Assembly (NCBI RefSeq): GCF_009914755.1
Contig: NC_060931.1
DNA length: 64,000 nucleotides
Origin: the human T2T-CHM13v2.0 reference genome, Homo sapiens
Reading direction: 5' to 3' (one strand)
Position numbers and translations under genes: made by a program. The number at the start of each line of letters is the position of its first letter. Within the stretch, counting starts at the first letter, position 1. The notes under the pieces were generated by a model. That model was not told where the DNA came from, made no database searches, and worked only from the letters and a program-made list of their open reading frames with translations. This document shows positions 47,074-63,670 of the stretch, piece after piece.

Positions 47074-49323
47074 TAGTTGGTTATTTTCTTATGGCTGAGT
47101 TTAAGAGTTCTTTATATATTTTGGATGCAAATTGTTTAGCAGATATGTATTTTGAAAATATTTTCTCTTAGTCTGTGGTTTGACTCTTCATTCTCTTAAT
47201 TATGCCCTTCTCAGAGCAAATGTTTTCAATTTTAATAAAGTCCAACTGACTAATTTTTTGTCATGGATCCTACTTTTGATGGTGTATCTAAAAATTCATT
47301 GTGACATTCAAGGTCACCTAGATTTCCTCCCATGCTATTTTCTAGAAGTTTTATGTTTTATGGTTAAGTCTGTGATCCATTTTGAAAGAGATAAGTTAGA
47401 TCTGTATCTAGATTTATCTTTCTTGCATGTGGACATCCAATTGTTAAAGTACCATTTGTTGAAAAGGTTATCATTTCTTCATTAAATTACCTTTGCTCCT
47501 TTGTCAAAGATGAGTTGACTGTATTTGTGTGAATCTATTTCTGGCCTTTCTATTCCACTGCATTGATCTATGTGTCTGTTCTTTCCCCAATACCATGCAG
47601 TCTTGATTTCTGTAACTTTATAGTAAGTTTTGAAGCTGAGTAGTGTCACTCTTCTAACTTGTTCTTCTTCACTATTATGTTGGCTATTCTAGATCCTTTC
47701 CCTTTCCATATAAACCTCAGAATCAGTTTGTCAATGTCTACAAAATCACTCTCTAGGATTTTGATTGGGATTGCCCTGAATCTACAAACCCATTTGGGAA
47801 AAACTGACAGCTATATTGAGTCTTCTAATCCGTGAACATGGAATATCCTCCCATTTACTGAAATATGCCTGATTTTTTTTAATCAGACTTTGTTTTCTAC
47901 ATATATATATCCTGTATATGTTTTGTTAGATTTATATTTCAATTTTTGATGCTAATGTAAACATGATTGTTTGGAATTTCAAATTCCAGTTGTTCCTTGC
48001 TAGTATATAGGAAAGCAATTAATTTTATATATATATTAACTTTGTGTCTTACAACCTTGCTATAATCACTTGTTAGTTCCTAGAGGGCTTTGTTTTTCAT
48101 TGATTCTTTGGGATCTTCTACATGTATAATCATGTCATCTGTACACAGAGAGTTTTATTTCTTCCTTCCTAATCTGTATATCTTTTATTTCCTTTTCTTG
48201 TCTTATTGTATTAGCTAGGACTTCCAGTATAATCTTGAATAGGAATGGTGAGAGGGGACATCCTTGCCTTATTAAGATCTTAATGGGGGAATATCTAGCT
48301 TCTCACCATTAAGTATGATGTTAGCAGAAGGCTTTTTGGTATATATTATTTATTAGGTTGAGAAAGTTCCCTTCTGTTTCTAGTTTGCTGAGGGTTTTTA
48401 ATCATAAATCAGTTACAATTTTGTCAAATTGATTTTCTTCAACTATTGATAAGATCATGTGATTTTTTTTTTTCTTTAGCCTATTGATATGACAGATTAC
48501 ATTAATTGATTTTTGAATGTTGAACCAGTCTTCCCTACCTGGAATAAGTCCCACTTGGTCATGGCATATAATTCTTTTGATACATTGTTAGATTTGATTT
48601 GCTAACATTTTATTGATTTTACATCTGTGTTTATGGCAATTATTGTTCTGTGGTTTTCCTTTCTTGTAGTATCTTTATCTCATTTTGGTATCAGGGTAAT
48701 GCCAGTCTCATAGAATGGGTTAGGAAGTGTTTCCTCTGCTTCTATTTTCATGAAGGTACTGCAGAGAATGGATGTTATTCCTTTCTTAAATGTTTGGTAG
48801 GATTCACCAGTGAACCCACCTAGGACAAGGAACTAGGAAACTATCAGGCCACTCCTCACCTCCACCTGTCTGTCTGTCTTCCTCCACCTGTTTATCCCTT
48901 CCTCCTTCCTCTCTGGGCTCTTTTTGCATTTTAATTTTTCAAATCACCTGCTGTAGACCCACATTAGCTCAAGCACCCACCCCCACTTGACGCAGTCACA
49001 AGTCCCAAATTCTCAAGACAAAATTAACCTAGGTTAACTCTTAACAGCCCCTTCCCTTTGATCCAGTTGAGTAGCCCACTCTTACTTGTAATAACTCCTC
49101 AGGCTATTAAACTTACTAAAGCCATTACTGGACAAAATGAATTTTTCTTCATGTTTCTTCCAGTTCATTTACTTTTTAAAAGTTCTTCTGCATAAACCTG
49201 CTTTTCAGCCTCATTGAGAGCTCTGGCCTCAAGACACCTCCACTCTTCCTGTCACCTCTCCCTTTTCTGTACAACTTTTCCTGCATATTTTGGATTTTGT
49301 TGTGTAATATTTTACTTGGTATG

Positions 49324-49744
49324 TGTATTAGTCAGGGTTCTGTTAGAGGGATAGAACTAATAGGGGAGTTTATTAAGTACTAACTTACACGATCACAAGG
49401 TCCCACAATAAGCTGTCTGCAAGCTGAGGAGCAAGGAGAGCCAGTATGAGTCCCAAACCTGAAGAACTTGGAGTCCGATGTTCGAGGGCAGGAAGCATCC
49501 AGCATGGGAGAGAGATGTAGGCTGGGAGGCTAGGCCCGTCTCTCCTTTTCATGTTTTTCTGCCTGCTTTATATTCACTGGAAACTGATTAAATTGTGCCC
49601 ACCACATTAAGGGTGGGTCTGCCTTCCCCAGCCCACTGACTCAAATGTTAATCTCTTTTGGCAACACCCATACAGACACACCCAGGATTAATACTTTGTG
49701 TCCTTCAGTACAATCAAAGTTGACACTCAATATTAACCATCATG
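49324..49744 (-). mobile_element. MLT2A (HERV-L) solo LTR
   Basis: tgtattagtcagggttct...caagctgaggagcaaggagagccag...gactcaaatgttaatctc...aatattaaccatca. Confidence 0.9.
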
Positions 49745-50148
49745 TTCGAATCTGTCCTCATGAGATTAATCTGTTCTTTTTCCTTTCTGTACTGTCCTTA
49801 TCTACCTTGGACTTAAGGTAATATTCAGCTCATAATAGGAGATAGGGAGTGTTTTCTTTCTTTTCCCTGAAGTTGCTTGTTCTTTGAAGTCATCTAGGGC
49901 TGCTGCCTTCTATAGATAATTTTTTTCTTTAATGGATATAATATGATGCAAGTTTTTCTCCTTGAATCATTTTTTGTAATGTGTATTTTTCTAGAATATT
50001 GTGCATTTCATCTAAGTTCTCAAAATCTTGGCAAAAGTTACTTACGATTTTCTCTAAGATAAAAAATTTCAAATCTGTAATCCTATCATTGTCACTATTG
50101 GTCTCATCTCATCTTTTCTTAATTGTCTTGCCCAGAGGTGTGTCTAGT

Positions 50149-50190
50149 TCAGCCGAGATCGGGTGCGTTCAGGGTGGTACCGCCATAGAC
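50149..50190 (-). pseudogene. 5S rRNA 5'-fragment (nt 1-42), tailless retropseudogene
   Basis: Reverse complement GTCTATGGCGGTACCACCCTGAACGCACCCGATCTCGGCTGA matches human 5S nt 1-42 at 37/42. Flanked by 18-bp direct repeats gaggtgtgtctagttcag (50135-50152) and gaggtgtgtctatttcag (50191-50208). Confidence 0.92.
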
Positions 50191-51524
50191 GAGGTGTGTC
50201 TATTTCAGTGTGTTTACAAAGAACCAGCATTTGGAATTTTTGCTTATTTCTCTTGTTTGCTATTTCACTAGAATGCTGTTTATTTTTATTGTTTCTTTCC
50301 TTCCTACTTTCTCTGAAATGACTCTGTTATTTTTCTATCTTGAGTTGATTACGTTGCTCATAATATTTTACTCTACCTCTTTTTTTCTCTAAGCTAACAT
50401 GGGCATTTGGGGCCATAACTTTCCCTTTAGGTACTACTTTAGCTGCATCCCACAAATTTTGCCCTATAGAACTTTTCTTGTCATTGAGATCTAAGTTTGT
50501 TACAATTTCCATCATGATTTCTTATTCAATCTATGAATTATTTAGTAGTATTTTTTAATCTGTCATATGAATATTTTTCATTATTTTGATTTGAATTTTA
50601 TTGCATTTTATTCATATGTAGTGGTCTGCCTTATATTTATCTGGAGTATTTTTTGAGACTGGTTATGTGGCTTGGTGTGCAGATAATTTTATCAATACTC
50701 TGAGTTCTTATTGTAGTTTTGACTTATATTTGCCTAATAAGTGATGCTGAGCACTTTTTTTTCTGTGCTTATTGTCCATTTCTATATCTTCTTTGGAAAA
50801 GAATTGGGATTTTGTTGTTGTTGTTGTTGAGTTTTAGGCATTCTCTATATATTTTGGGTAGTATCCCTTACCAGATACATCATTTGCAATTTTTTTCCCC
50901 ATTTTCTGAGTTGCCTTTTTACTCTGTTGATACTGCCTTTTGATGCATGCCTTTTAAATTTTTTCATAAAGTCCAGTTTGTCTATTCTTTCTTTTCTTGC
51001 CTATTCTCTATACCCACGAAATCACTGCTATATTCAATGTCATGAAGCTTTTGCCATATGTTTCCTTCTAAGAGTCTTATAGTTTTAAGTCTTATGTTTA
51101 GGTCTTTGATCCATTTTGAGTTAATTTTTGCATGTGGTGTTAGATAAGGGTCCAGCCTCATTGCTTTGCATGTAGTGTTTTTCCAACACCATTTGTTAAG
51201 GATGCTGTCCTTTCCCCATTGAGTAGTCTTGGCACCCTTGTCAAAGATAATTTGACTATATTTGTTAGGGTTTATTTCTGGGCTCTCTATTCCATTGTTC
51301 TACATGTCTGTCTTTATGCCAGTATCACACTGTTTTGATTATTATAGCTTTGTTGTAAGTTTTGAAATCAGGGAGTGTGAGTCCTCCAGTTTTGTGTTTT
51401 TTCTCAAGATTGTTTTGGCTATTAAGGGTCCCATGAGAATCCATATGAATTTTAGGATAGATTTCTATTTCTACAAAAAATGTTTTTGTTATTTTGATAG
51501 ATATTGTATTGGATATGTAGATAA

Positions 51525-51869
<345 letters not shown>

Positions 51870-52034
51870 TAATATTAAATCTTTCAATCCATGAACATGG
51901 GATGTATTTCTATTTATTTATGTGTTCTTTACTTTCAGTAATATTTTATACTTTTCATTGTACAAGTCTTTCATCTCTTTGGTTAAATTTAATTTGAAGT
52001 ATTTTATTATTTTTGATGCTATTGTATTTTTAAT

Positions 52035-52355
52035 TTTGTTTTATTTATATTTATTTATTTTTTTTTTTTGAGATGGAGTCTCGCCCTGTTGCTCAGGCTC
52101 TAGTGCAGTGGCATGGTCTCAACTTGGTGCTACTTCCACCTCTGAGACTCAAGAGATCCTCCCACCTCAGCCTCCTGAGTAGCTGGGACTACAAGTGCAT
52201 GCCATCACAACTGGCTAATTTTTGTATTTTTTTAGAGACAGGGTTTTACCATGTTGACCAGACTTACCTCAAACTCCTGAGCTCAAGCAATCTGCCCACC
52301 TCGGCCTTCCAAAGTGTTGGGATTACAGGCATGAGCCACCACTCACTATGGTGGC
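52035..52355 (-). mobile_element. AluJ
   Basis: Antisense Alu consensus. Confidence 0.88.
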
Positions 52356-53856
52356 TATTGTTTATGAACCTGTTTTTGTTTTTGTTTTTTCTTTTCAGAT
52401 TGTTCATTATTAGTATGTGGAAATGCAGCTGATTTTTGCATGTTAACTTTGTATCCTGCCACTTTGCTGAATTCCTTTATTAGTTTAAACAGTTTTTTGG
52501 TTGAATCTTTATAATTTTCTACATATAACATCATATCATTTAAAAACAAAAATTGTTTTACTTTTTCCTCTCCAATTTGGATACCTTGTATTTCTTCTTC
52601 TTACCTAATTGCTGTGATGAGAACTTCCATTATTATTTTGAACGAAAGTAGTGAAGATGGTCATCCTTGCCTTGCTCTATTTTAGAGGAAAAGCTTTCAG
52701 TGTTTTACTATTGAGTATGATATTCACTGTAGGTTTTTTCATATGTGGCTTTTATTATGTTAAGATAGTTTCCAGCTATTCCTTCTTTGTCGAGTGTTTT
52801 TATCATGAAAAACGCGAAAGGGTGTTGTTTTGTCAGATGCCTTTCCTGCATTAATTGAGATGATCATGTGGTTTTTGTCCTTCATTCTATTAATGTGGTA
52901 TATTACATGGATCCATCCTTGCATTCCAGGGTTAAATCCCACTTGTCCAGGGCATATAATTCTTTTAATATGCTGCTGAATTTGGCTTGCTGGTGTTTTG
53001 AGGATTTTTGTGTCAGTATTCAAAAGTGATATTCATATACAGTTTTCTTCCAGTACGATCTTTGTCTGGCTTTGGTATCAGGATAATGCTGACCTCACTG
53101 AATGAGTTGAAAGTATTCCCTCCTCTTCAGTGTTTTGGAAAAGTTTGAGAAAGATTGGTGTTAGTTCTCTTTTAAATGTTTTGTAGAATTCACAAGTGAA
53201 GCCATCAGGTCCAGGGCTATTCTTCGTAGGGAGATCTTAAATTACTGATTTAATCTCCGTAATAGTTATAAGTCCAATCAGATTTTCTATTTCTTTGTGA
53301 CTTAGTCTTGGTAGATTTCATGTTTCTAGGAATTTGTCTGTTTCATCTAGGTTATCCATTTGTTGGCGTACCATTGTTTATAGTACACTCTTACAGTTTT
53401 TTTTTTTAAATGCAGAATTGGTAGCAAAATCATTTCTGATTTTGGTAATTCGAGTCTTATTTCTCTCCTTTTAAAAATTCATCCAGCTAAAGGTTTGTCA
53501 ATTTTGTTGATCTTTTAAAAGAACCAGCTTTGGGTTTTGTGGGTTTTTTTTTTTTTTTTCTATTCTCTATTTTGTTAATCTCTGCTCTAATCTTTATTAT
53601 TTCCTTCTGCTAGCTTTTGGTTCAGTTTGTCCTGTTTTTAGTTCCTGAAGTTTTGAAGTTAGGTTGTTGATTTGAGGTCTCCTTTTTTAAAAATCAGTGT
53701 TTATAGCTATAAGTTCTTACCTTAGCATTGCTTTCACTGTGTCCCATACGTTTTGATATGTGGTGGTTTCATTTTCATTAGTCTGTAAGCATTTTCTAAT
53801 TTCCCTTGTGATTTCTTCTGTGATCCATTGGTAATATTTAGGGGTGTGTTGCTTAA

Positions 53857-54725
<869 letters not shown>

Positions 54726-55613
54726 AGTGCTTTATTTTCTTGCTTATCTTTCTCTGGTTGTTGTATCTATGAATGAGAATGAGGTATTGAAGTCTCTGAG
54801 TATTGTTGTAGAATTGTCATTTCTCCTTTCAATTATATCAATATCTGCTTTGTATATGTTGATTATCTGTTATGAGCTGCCTAAATGTTTATAATAGTTA
54901 TATGTTCTTGCTCTGTTGAACCTTTTATCAATATGTAATATTTTTCTTTGTTTCATAACCTTTTTAATTCAAAGTCTTATTTTCTTTGATATTAGTAGAG
55001 CCGCTCCTGCTGTCTTTGGGTTACTCTTTGCATGGAATACCTTTTTCCATCCTTTCCCTTTCAATCCACTTGTATCTTTGGGTTCAAAGCGAATCTATTG
55101 TAGATAGCATAGAATGGGATCATATCTTTTTGTTTATTCTACCAATCTGTGTCTTTGGATGGGAGGGTTTAATTAATATTCATCGAAAATAATGACCGAT
55201 ATGGAGGGATTTACTTCTGTCATTTTGTTATTTCTCATATGCCTTACAGCTTTTTTGTCTCATTTTCTGAATATTGTCTTCTTTGTGTTGAGTTGATTCT
55301 TTGCAGTGAAACATTTAAATTACCTTTTCATTTCCTTTTGTGTAGATGCTGTAGCTATTCTCCTTGTGCTTACAATGGACATCGCATTTAACATTCTAAA
55401 GTTTTAATACTCTAATTTTAATTTATACCAGCTTAACTTCAACAGCATACAAAACTATGTTCCTTTACAGCTCTGTTCCCACCCATTTCAGTTGTTGATG
55501 TCACAGAATAACACCTTTTTGATACATTGTGTGCCCCAAAACATAAACTAATACTTGTCTTTTTTTTTTTTTTTAAACACATTAGTGTGTTAACATAGAA
55601 AACAAAACATAGA

Positions 55614-56037
<424 letters not shown>

Positions 56038-57815
56038 TCAACCTGCAGGACTCCATTTAGCATTTCTTACAGGGAAGATCTAGTAGATTGATGAACTCCC
56101 TCAGCTTTTGTTTATTTGGAAATGTCTTATTTCCTTCCTCGTGTTTTGCCAGTATAGGATTCCTGGTTGACATTTTTTTTCTTTCAGCACTTTAAACATT
56201 ATTAGCTTTCTGAGCTCCAAAATGTCTGATTAGAAATCTTCTATGACCTTATTAAGTATACCCTGTGTGTGTGACAAGTCACTGCTCTCTTGCTGCTTTC
56301 AAGATTCTCTGTCTTTGACTTTTGACAGTTTGATTATAATGTGTCTTGGTGTGTGTCTTTTTTAGTTCATTATCCTTGGAGTTCCTTGAACTTCTTCAAT
56401 GTTTATATTTATGTCTTTCATTAAATTTAGGGAAAATTTTGACCATTATTTCTTCAAGCATTCTCTCTGTCGTCTTCTGTCTCTCTCCTTCTGAGATTGC
56501 CACGTGCAAATGTCAGTTCACTTGATGGTGTTCATGGTCCCTTAATCTCTGTTCGCTTTTTTTCTTTTTTTTTTTTTTTTTTTGCTATTCGGACGTGATC
56601 ATTTCCATTGTCCTGTTTTCAGGTTCACTAATCCTTCTGCCTGTAGAAATATGCCTTTGAATTCTTCTAATGAATTTTTCATTTCAGTTATTACACTTTT
56701 TAGTTCCAGAATTTCTTTTTGGTTTCTTTTTAGGTTTTCTATGCCTATTGATATTTCTATTTTGTTCATATGTCCTTTTCTTGACTTTTCCCACATATTC
56801 CTGTAGTTTTTAGAGCATCTTTAAGATCGCTGTTTTAAAGTCTGTTTCTAGTGGATCTGCCATCTACCCTTTCTCAGGGTGAGTTTCTGTTGGATTTGTA
56901 GTTTTCTTTTGGATGGACCGTATATCACTGTTTCTTTGTGTGCCTTGTGATTTTCTTGTTGAAAACTGGACATTTGTATCTTATCATGTGGCCACTGTGT
57001 GAATCAGATTCTTTGCCTCTCAGTGTTTTCTGGAGTTTTGTTTTGTTTTGTTTGATTATTGAAGGCTGTCTCTGTGCCAAGGATCAGCCCGAGGTATGAA
57101 CTTAAAGTCTTTTCAGTTCTCTTTGAAGACTGTACCTTTCCCTGGGCATCCATGGTAACTATAATTTCCCTATAAATATGTTTATTTTTTAATGTCTTAG
57201 TCTTTAATGTACACCTCCCAAAGGTGGGAAAGAGAAAAGTGAAAGAGTAGGGATGGGGGAAGCACTGGCCCTTGAAGTCCCCAGGGAGTCACTTAAGCTA
57301 GACAGGGAGGGGCTTGGCACCCTGACTGGCTGCCTCTATTCCACCCTTCCATGACAAGAACACAGATCCTTAATATTTTGAAGACAGTGTTCTTATTGCC
57401 TATCCTGGCTCTTAGAAGCTGCATGCAAGCTGCTCCCATAACATGTACACAGCTGCCTGCCATGGGGCTGAGTCATCGGGGACTGGTAGCGGCTTTGGAG
57501 CTAAGAGCAGAGATTGACTGAAAATAACTGCAATTTACTGTCAAGCCTTCCCCTGAATGTTACAAGCCTTCAATAGACTCCAGAGTTCCAAAATAGTTAC
57601 ATCAGACAAATTCTGCCAGTGTAATTTTTGTCTGGGTGGGGTAAAGTATTCCTAGTGCTTTCTACTCCAGCATCTTCCCAGAATCCTCTACCTGGATATT
57701 TTTAAAATTTATACTTAGTTGGATTCTGAAGTAAATTAACTTTGCTATTCTCCTTCAGCACAACACAAGGACTTTCCTGTGCTTTTTCCTACAAGTTTCC
57801 TTTTAAACAAGTTGA

Positions 57816-58134
<319 letters not shown>

Positions 58135-58606
58135 TAGATGTGTCCTCGTACATACCACTTTCTCAGTTCACCTTTGTTTCTGGCACTCCCAGCTGTTCCT
58201 GCTGGCACAGTTTCCTTCTTACTGAACTCAGTGGTAAACTTAGCCTTCTTTTTTCTCCCCAAAACATCTTTATTTCACTTTCTTGAATAATAGATCATCA
58301 GAGTAGAAACTCTAAATCGAGGTATTTCCTATTAGCACTTTGAAGATATTCCTCTATTGCCTTCCAACATAATTATTTCATTATCTTCTAGTGTCTTTCA
58401 TCACCACGAAGAAAATGTCTGGTGTCATTCCTTAGTTTCGGAGTCTGCTGATAAATTCAGCAACCAGTAACATTTATTAAGGTTACCGTGGTGAGCACTA
58501 TACATGCCATAACTCATTTAATCCTTACAAAAGTCTATTGGATCATAGATACTATTTTTTCTCATATTCCAAAGGAGGAAACTGAGGCTTAAATGAGTAC
58601 AAGTCT

Positions 58607-58912
58607 AGCTGGGTGCAGTGGCTCATGCCTGTAATCCCAGCACTTTGAGAGGCTGAGGCGGGTGGATCACCTGAGGTCAGGGGTTCAAGACCAGTCTGGC
58701 CAACATGGCAAAACCCCATCTTTACTGAAAATATAAAAATTAGGTGGGCATGGTGGCACTTGCCTGTAATCCTAGCTACTTGGGAGGCTGAGGCTGGAAA
58801 ATCACTTGAACCCAGGAGGCAGAGGTTGCAGTGAGCCGAGATTGCACCACTGTACTCCAGCCTGGATGACAGAGCAAGACTCCGTCTCAAAAAAAAAAAA
58901 AAAAAAAAAAAA
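58607..58912 (+). mobile_element. Alu (AluS) inserted in a MIR (about 58480-58985)
   Basis: Sense Alu; flanks carry the MIR motif gaggaaactgaggctt...cttgtccaagg. Confidence 0.92.
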
Positions 58913-59764
58913 GTAGAAGTCTTGTCCAAGGGCAAGTAGGACACGACTAGAATTCAATCCCAAGTGTTTCCAAATACAAAGCCTACTTTGAACAAGTACG
59001 TTGCACAGACAAGGTAGGGAAGGTGAAATGTCCTTTGGAAACAGGAGACAGAGTCCCTGTCCCAGCACAGCCAACAGCAGTCTCCTTGATCTCCATGATC
59101 ATTAGCTCTGAGAGTCTGGCCATAATTAAGATCCTGTAGATAATTAGGCACTGATCACAGGGACCTCCTTTTTGGAGATAATAAAACTTGTAGTCTGTGA
59201 AGGGAGGGGAAGAAGAGCTATCACCACCCCCACACCCTCCCATCTTGGAATAAGAAGGGACTTGTGTATCTCCATTTAGGTTTTGCCAGTGTTCTCTTAG
59301 CAAAACCTAGTGACTGTGGTACATGTGGAACTCACCCTCATCAGAGGCCTGATTGCTCCCAGCAGCAGTTGCTTTTAGAGAAATATCAGAGGAAATTGGC
59401 ATTTTGGTAACACTGCTCAGAGGATTTAGCTCCACTGGAGATTAAGGTTGAAACTTCAGAAAATGAGTTTCCAGATAAACTTTTAGAGTTGCACTTGGCT
59501 ATGTCAAGAATGTAATCTTATGGTTATAGTTTTGTCTGTGAAAATGGTTCCACGGGCAACTGTTACCATGTGAATCCTACTTATTACCAGTAAACTCAGA
59601 AGAAGGTGGCAACAGCTCTCAGCATTCCACTATTGCAGGCAATCACAAGTCTGCCCTTGTGATCTCTGCCTCTTCTTACCCAAAGAAGAAACTACACAGT
59701 TGTAGCTACAACCAGCAAGAACAAATTTTGGTAAATCTGGGAAGTTCACAAGATACCACTGTAA

Positions 59765-60457
59765 TGAAACCACCATTGCAAAATTATGACTGAGACAATG
59801 AAAGAGATCTCACCTAACCGACTGCATCTTGCTTCTAACCTCCAAGCTGTCCTTCTTCATTCTTGGGTATAGACTGAACTAACTTTGGGAGGAATTTAGT
59901 TTATAGTTTATAATTTAAAACAAAGATGATAATAGCCCTTCCCTAAAACAAACCTCCTTCTTGCTAGGGACCCGATGGCCTTTGTAGGACTAAGAAATTA
60001 GCCAAACGATTAGAAATTAGTGTTTAGGAGTCATGCAGCTGGAGGCTACAAGATTCTGACCCTCCCTAAACTGCCCCTAGGATGAGTGCTTGAGAAATTT
60101 TGCAGACCTTGCACTTGATGGATCAGCTGGCACCACCCAGCTCGATAAACTGGCTCATCTGATCTTGTGGCCACCACCCAGGAACTGACTCAGCTCAAGA
60201 GGACATCTTCAGTTCCCAGTGATGTCATCTCTGACCAATCAGCACTCCTGGCTCACTGGCTTCCCCCAACCCACCAAGTTGTCCTTAAAAACTCTGCTGC
60301 TTGAATGTTCAGGGACACCGATTTGAGTAATCATAAAACTCCAGTCTCCCGCACAGCTGGCTCTGTGTGAATTACTCTTTCTCCATTACAGTTCCCCTGT
60401 CTTGATTAATTGGCTCTGTCTAGGCAGTGGGCAAGGTGAACCCACTGGGTGGTTTCA
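59765..60457 (+). mobile_element. LTR8 (ERV1) solo LTR, full length
   Basis: TGAAACCACCATTGCAAAATTATGACTGAGAC...GGGTGGTTTCA; 4-bp TSD gtaa. Confidence 0.9.
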
Positions 60458-60810
60458 GTAATACTCTTTTTTGTAGTCTAAAAATCACCCCTCAGTATTC
60501 CAAAATCACTTCTCCCTCAGACGACCCCTGGACTTCCTCTACTCCCACACAGTTAACATTAATTTTGAGTTGTGAGAAGGTCCGGTAGCCTCTCTTCTTT
60601 CATCAATACTTCCCCTGCTGTGTGGCTTGTAAGTATGATTGTATGTTTGGAAGACCCATTTAGAAAATAATAATTGACACTAAGATCACATAAAAGCCCT
60701 TGAGTGTAGAAATGAAAATAATATGAATGATTCGTTTTGCATTAGTGTTCTTTTTTATTTTTGTTTTATTCCGTTTTGTCTATTATATATGGCCTTTGAA
60801 ATGCTGATTG

Positions 60811-61706
<896 letters not shown>

Positions 61707-61851
61707 CTGGTGAATGTGTTTTCTAATCCTCGTTTCACAGTTTCTCATTCTTAACTGCAATGTGGGAGTAGCTCTGTTTTCTGGGGTGATTGTGACGGCT
61801 AAATGAAGTGAAGTATAAAAAGCATCTAGAATTGTGCCTTGCCTATAGCAG

Positions 61852-62210
61852 TGTATTAGTCTTTTCTCACGCTGCTGATAAAGACATACCTGAGATTGGG
61901 TAATTTATAAGAAAAAAGAGGTTTAATGGACTCACAGTTCACGTGGCTGGGGTGGCATCACAATCGTGGCGGAAGGTGAAAGTCACGTCTCACATGGAGG
62001 CAGACAAGAGAAGAGAACTTGTGCAGGGAAACCCCCCTTCGTAAAACCATCAGATCTTGTGAGATTTATTCACTATCTCAAGAACAGCACAGGAAAGGCC
62101 CTCCTCCATGATTCAATTACCTCCTACCTGGTCCCTCCCACAACACATGGGAATTGTGGGAACTACAATTCAAGATGAGATTTGGGTGGAAACACAGCCA
62201 AACCATATCA
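61852..62210 (-). mobile_element. THE1 (THE1B-like) MaLR solo LTR
   Basis: tgtattagtc...ccaaaccatatca; perfect 5-bp TSD agcag. Confidence 0.93.
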
Positions 62211-62953
62211 AGCAGTTTCTTAATAAAGGCTTTTTCCTAAAGGTTCTGACCATTTGCTTTTTAAATAAAGAATGGTATAGTGTTACGTGGAGGAATAGTC
62301 ATACAAACCACCTCCAATGTTGATGCTAATAAATAGCTTGTGGGGTACTCTTTTTTCAGCTCATATATAAGATTTCCTTCTTATTTCAACTCTTGAATGT
62401 GTAGAACTATGAGACCTTTGTATGATTAGAACTTTTTTCAGTGACTCTGCAGTATTTGTAACAAAAGCTGGAACAACTTTCAGCAGAACCTGGTTTGAGA
62501 CAGTGGCTGGGGGCCAGCCGAATGATACAAGTTTTTTCTTTGTGACATTTTGAGTTTGAGATGACTGGATTTCCCGTATAGATGAGTCTCTGGAGAAGTT
62601 ACAAGGGAAACCGATGGGAAGTCAGTTCTTCATCTGCAACCTCTTGCCTGTAACTGTTAGGAACTAGTTCATGTAATGGGAGGAGAATGTACTTCACTGT
62701 GCCAGTTTTATTTTTTTGGTTATTATTTTCTGAGAAGGGATGGAAGCTTGTAAATAAAATCAAAGAAATCAAAGGCAGAGTACACTGACTTTAGAGGTCT
62801 GCATAAAAAGCTTTCGGCTCCCCTCGTTTGCCTAAGGCCTCTTGTGCTGTACTTGAGTAGAGAAATAATTAACAGATAGTAGGCTTTTCAGTGCACTCAT
62901 TGTTTAGACTGAATGCCAAGAGAAGTTGAAGTACCTTAAGAATTTAGAATATA

Positions 62954-63249
62954 GGCCGGGTGCGGTGGCTCATGCCTGTAATCCTAGCACTTTGGGAGGC
63001 TGAGGCGGGCGGATCACCTGAGGTCAGGAGTTTGAGACCAGCCAGGCCAACGTAGCGAAACCCCATTTCTACTAAAATTGCAAAAATTAGCTGGGCCGTG
63101 GTGGGGCATGCCTGTAATCCCAGCTACTCAGGAGGCTGAGACAGGAGAATCTCTTGAACCTGGGAGGCAGAGGTTTCAGTGAGCCGAGATTGTGCCACTG
63201 CACTCTAGCCTGGGCAACAGAGTGAGACTCCATCTCAAAAAAAAAAAAA
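62954..63249 (+). mobile_element. Alu (AluS)
   Basis: Sense Alu; TSD gaatata. Confidence 0.93.
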
Positions 63250-63369
63250 TTGGAATATACACTGTTTTCTGTAAGTTTTAGATAAGTTAAACAAAGGGAG
63301 TTAACTTAGGGATATTGCACACAAATAAGGGGTAAAACAAAATCAAACAAACAAAAAAAACAATGCTCT

Positions 63370-63670
63370 GGCCAGGTGAGGTGGCTCACACATGTATTCC
63401 CAGCATTTTAAGAGGCTGAAATGGGAGAATTGCTTGAGTCCTGGAATTCAAGACCATCCTGGGCTGCATAGCAAGACTGTCTCTCTACAAAACGTTAAAA
63501 CATTAGCTGGATATGGTGGCATGCACTGTAGTCCCAGCTCTTCCAGAGACTGAGGAGGGAGGATCCTTGAGCCGAAGAAGTTGAGGCTTCAGTGAGCTAT
63601 GATTGCACCACTGCACTCCAGTCTGGGTGACAGAGGAAGACCCTGTCTCTAAAACAAAACAAAACAAAAA
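63370..63670 (+). mobile_element. AluJ
   Basis: Sense Alu consensus. Confidence 0.9.
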
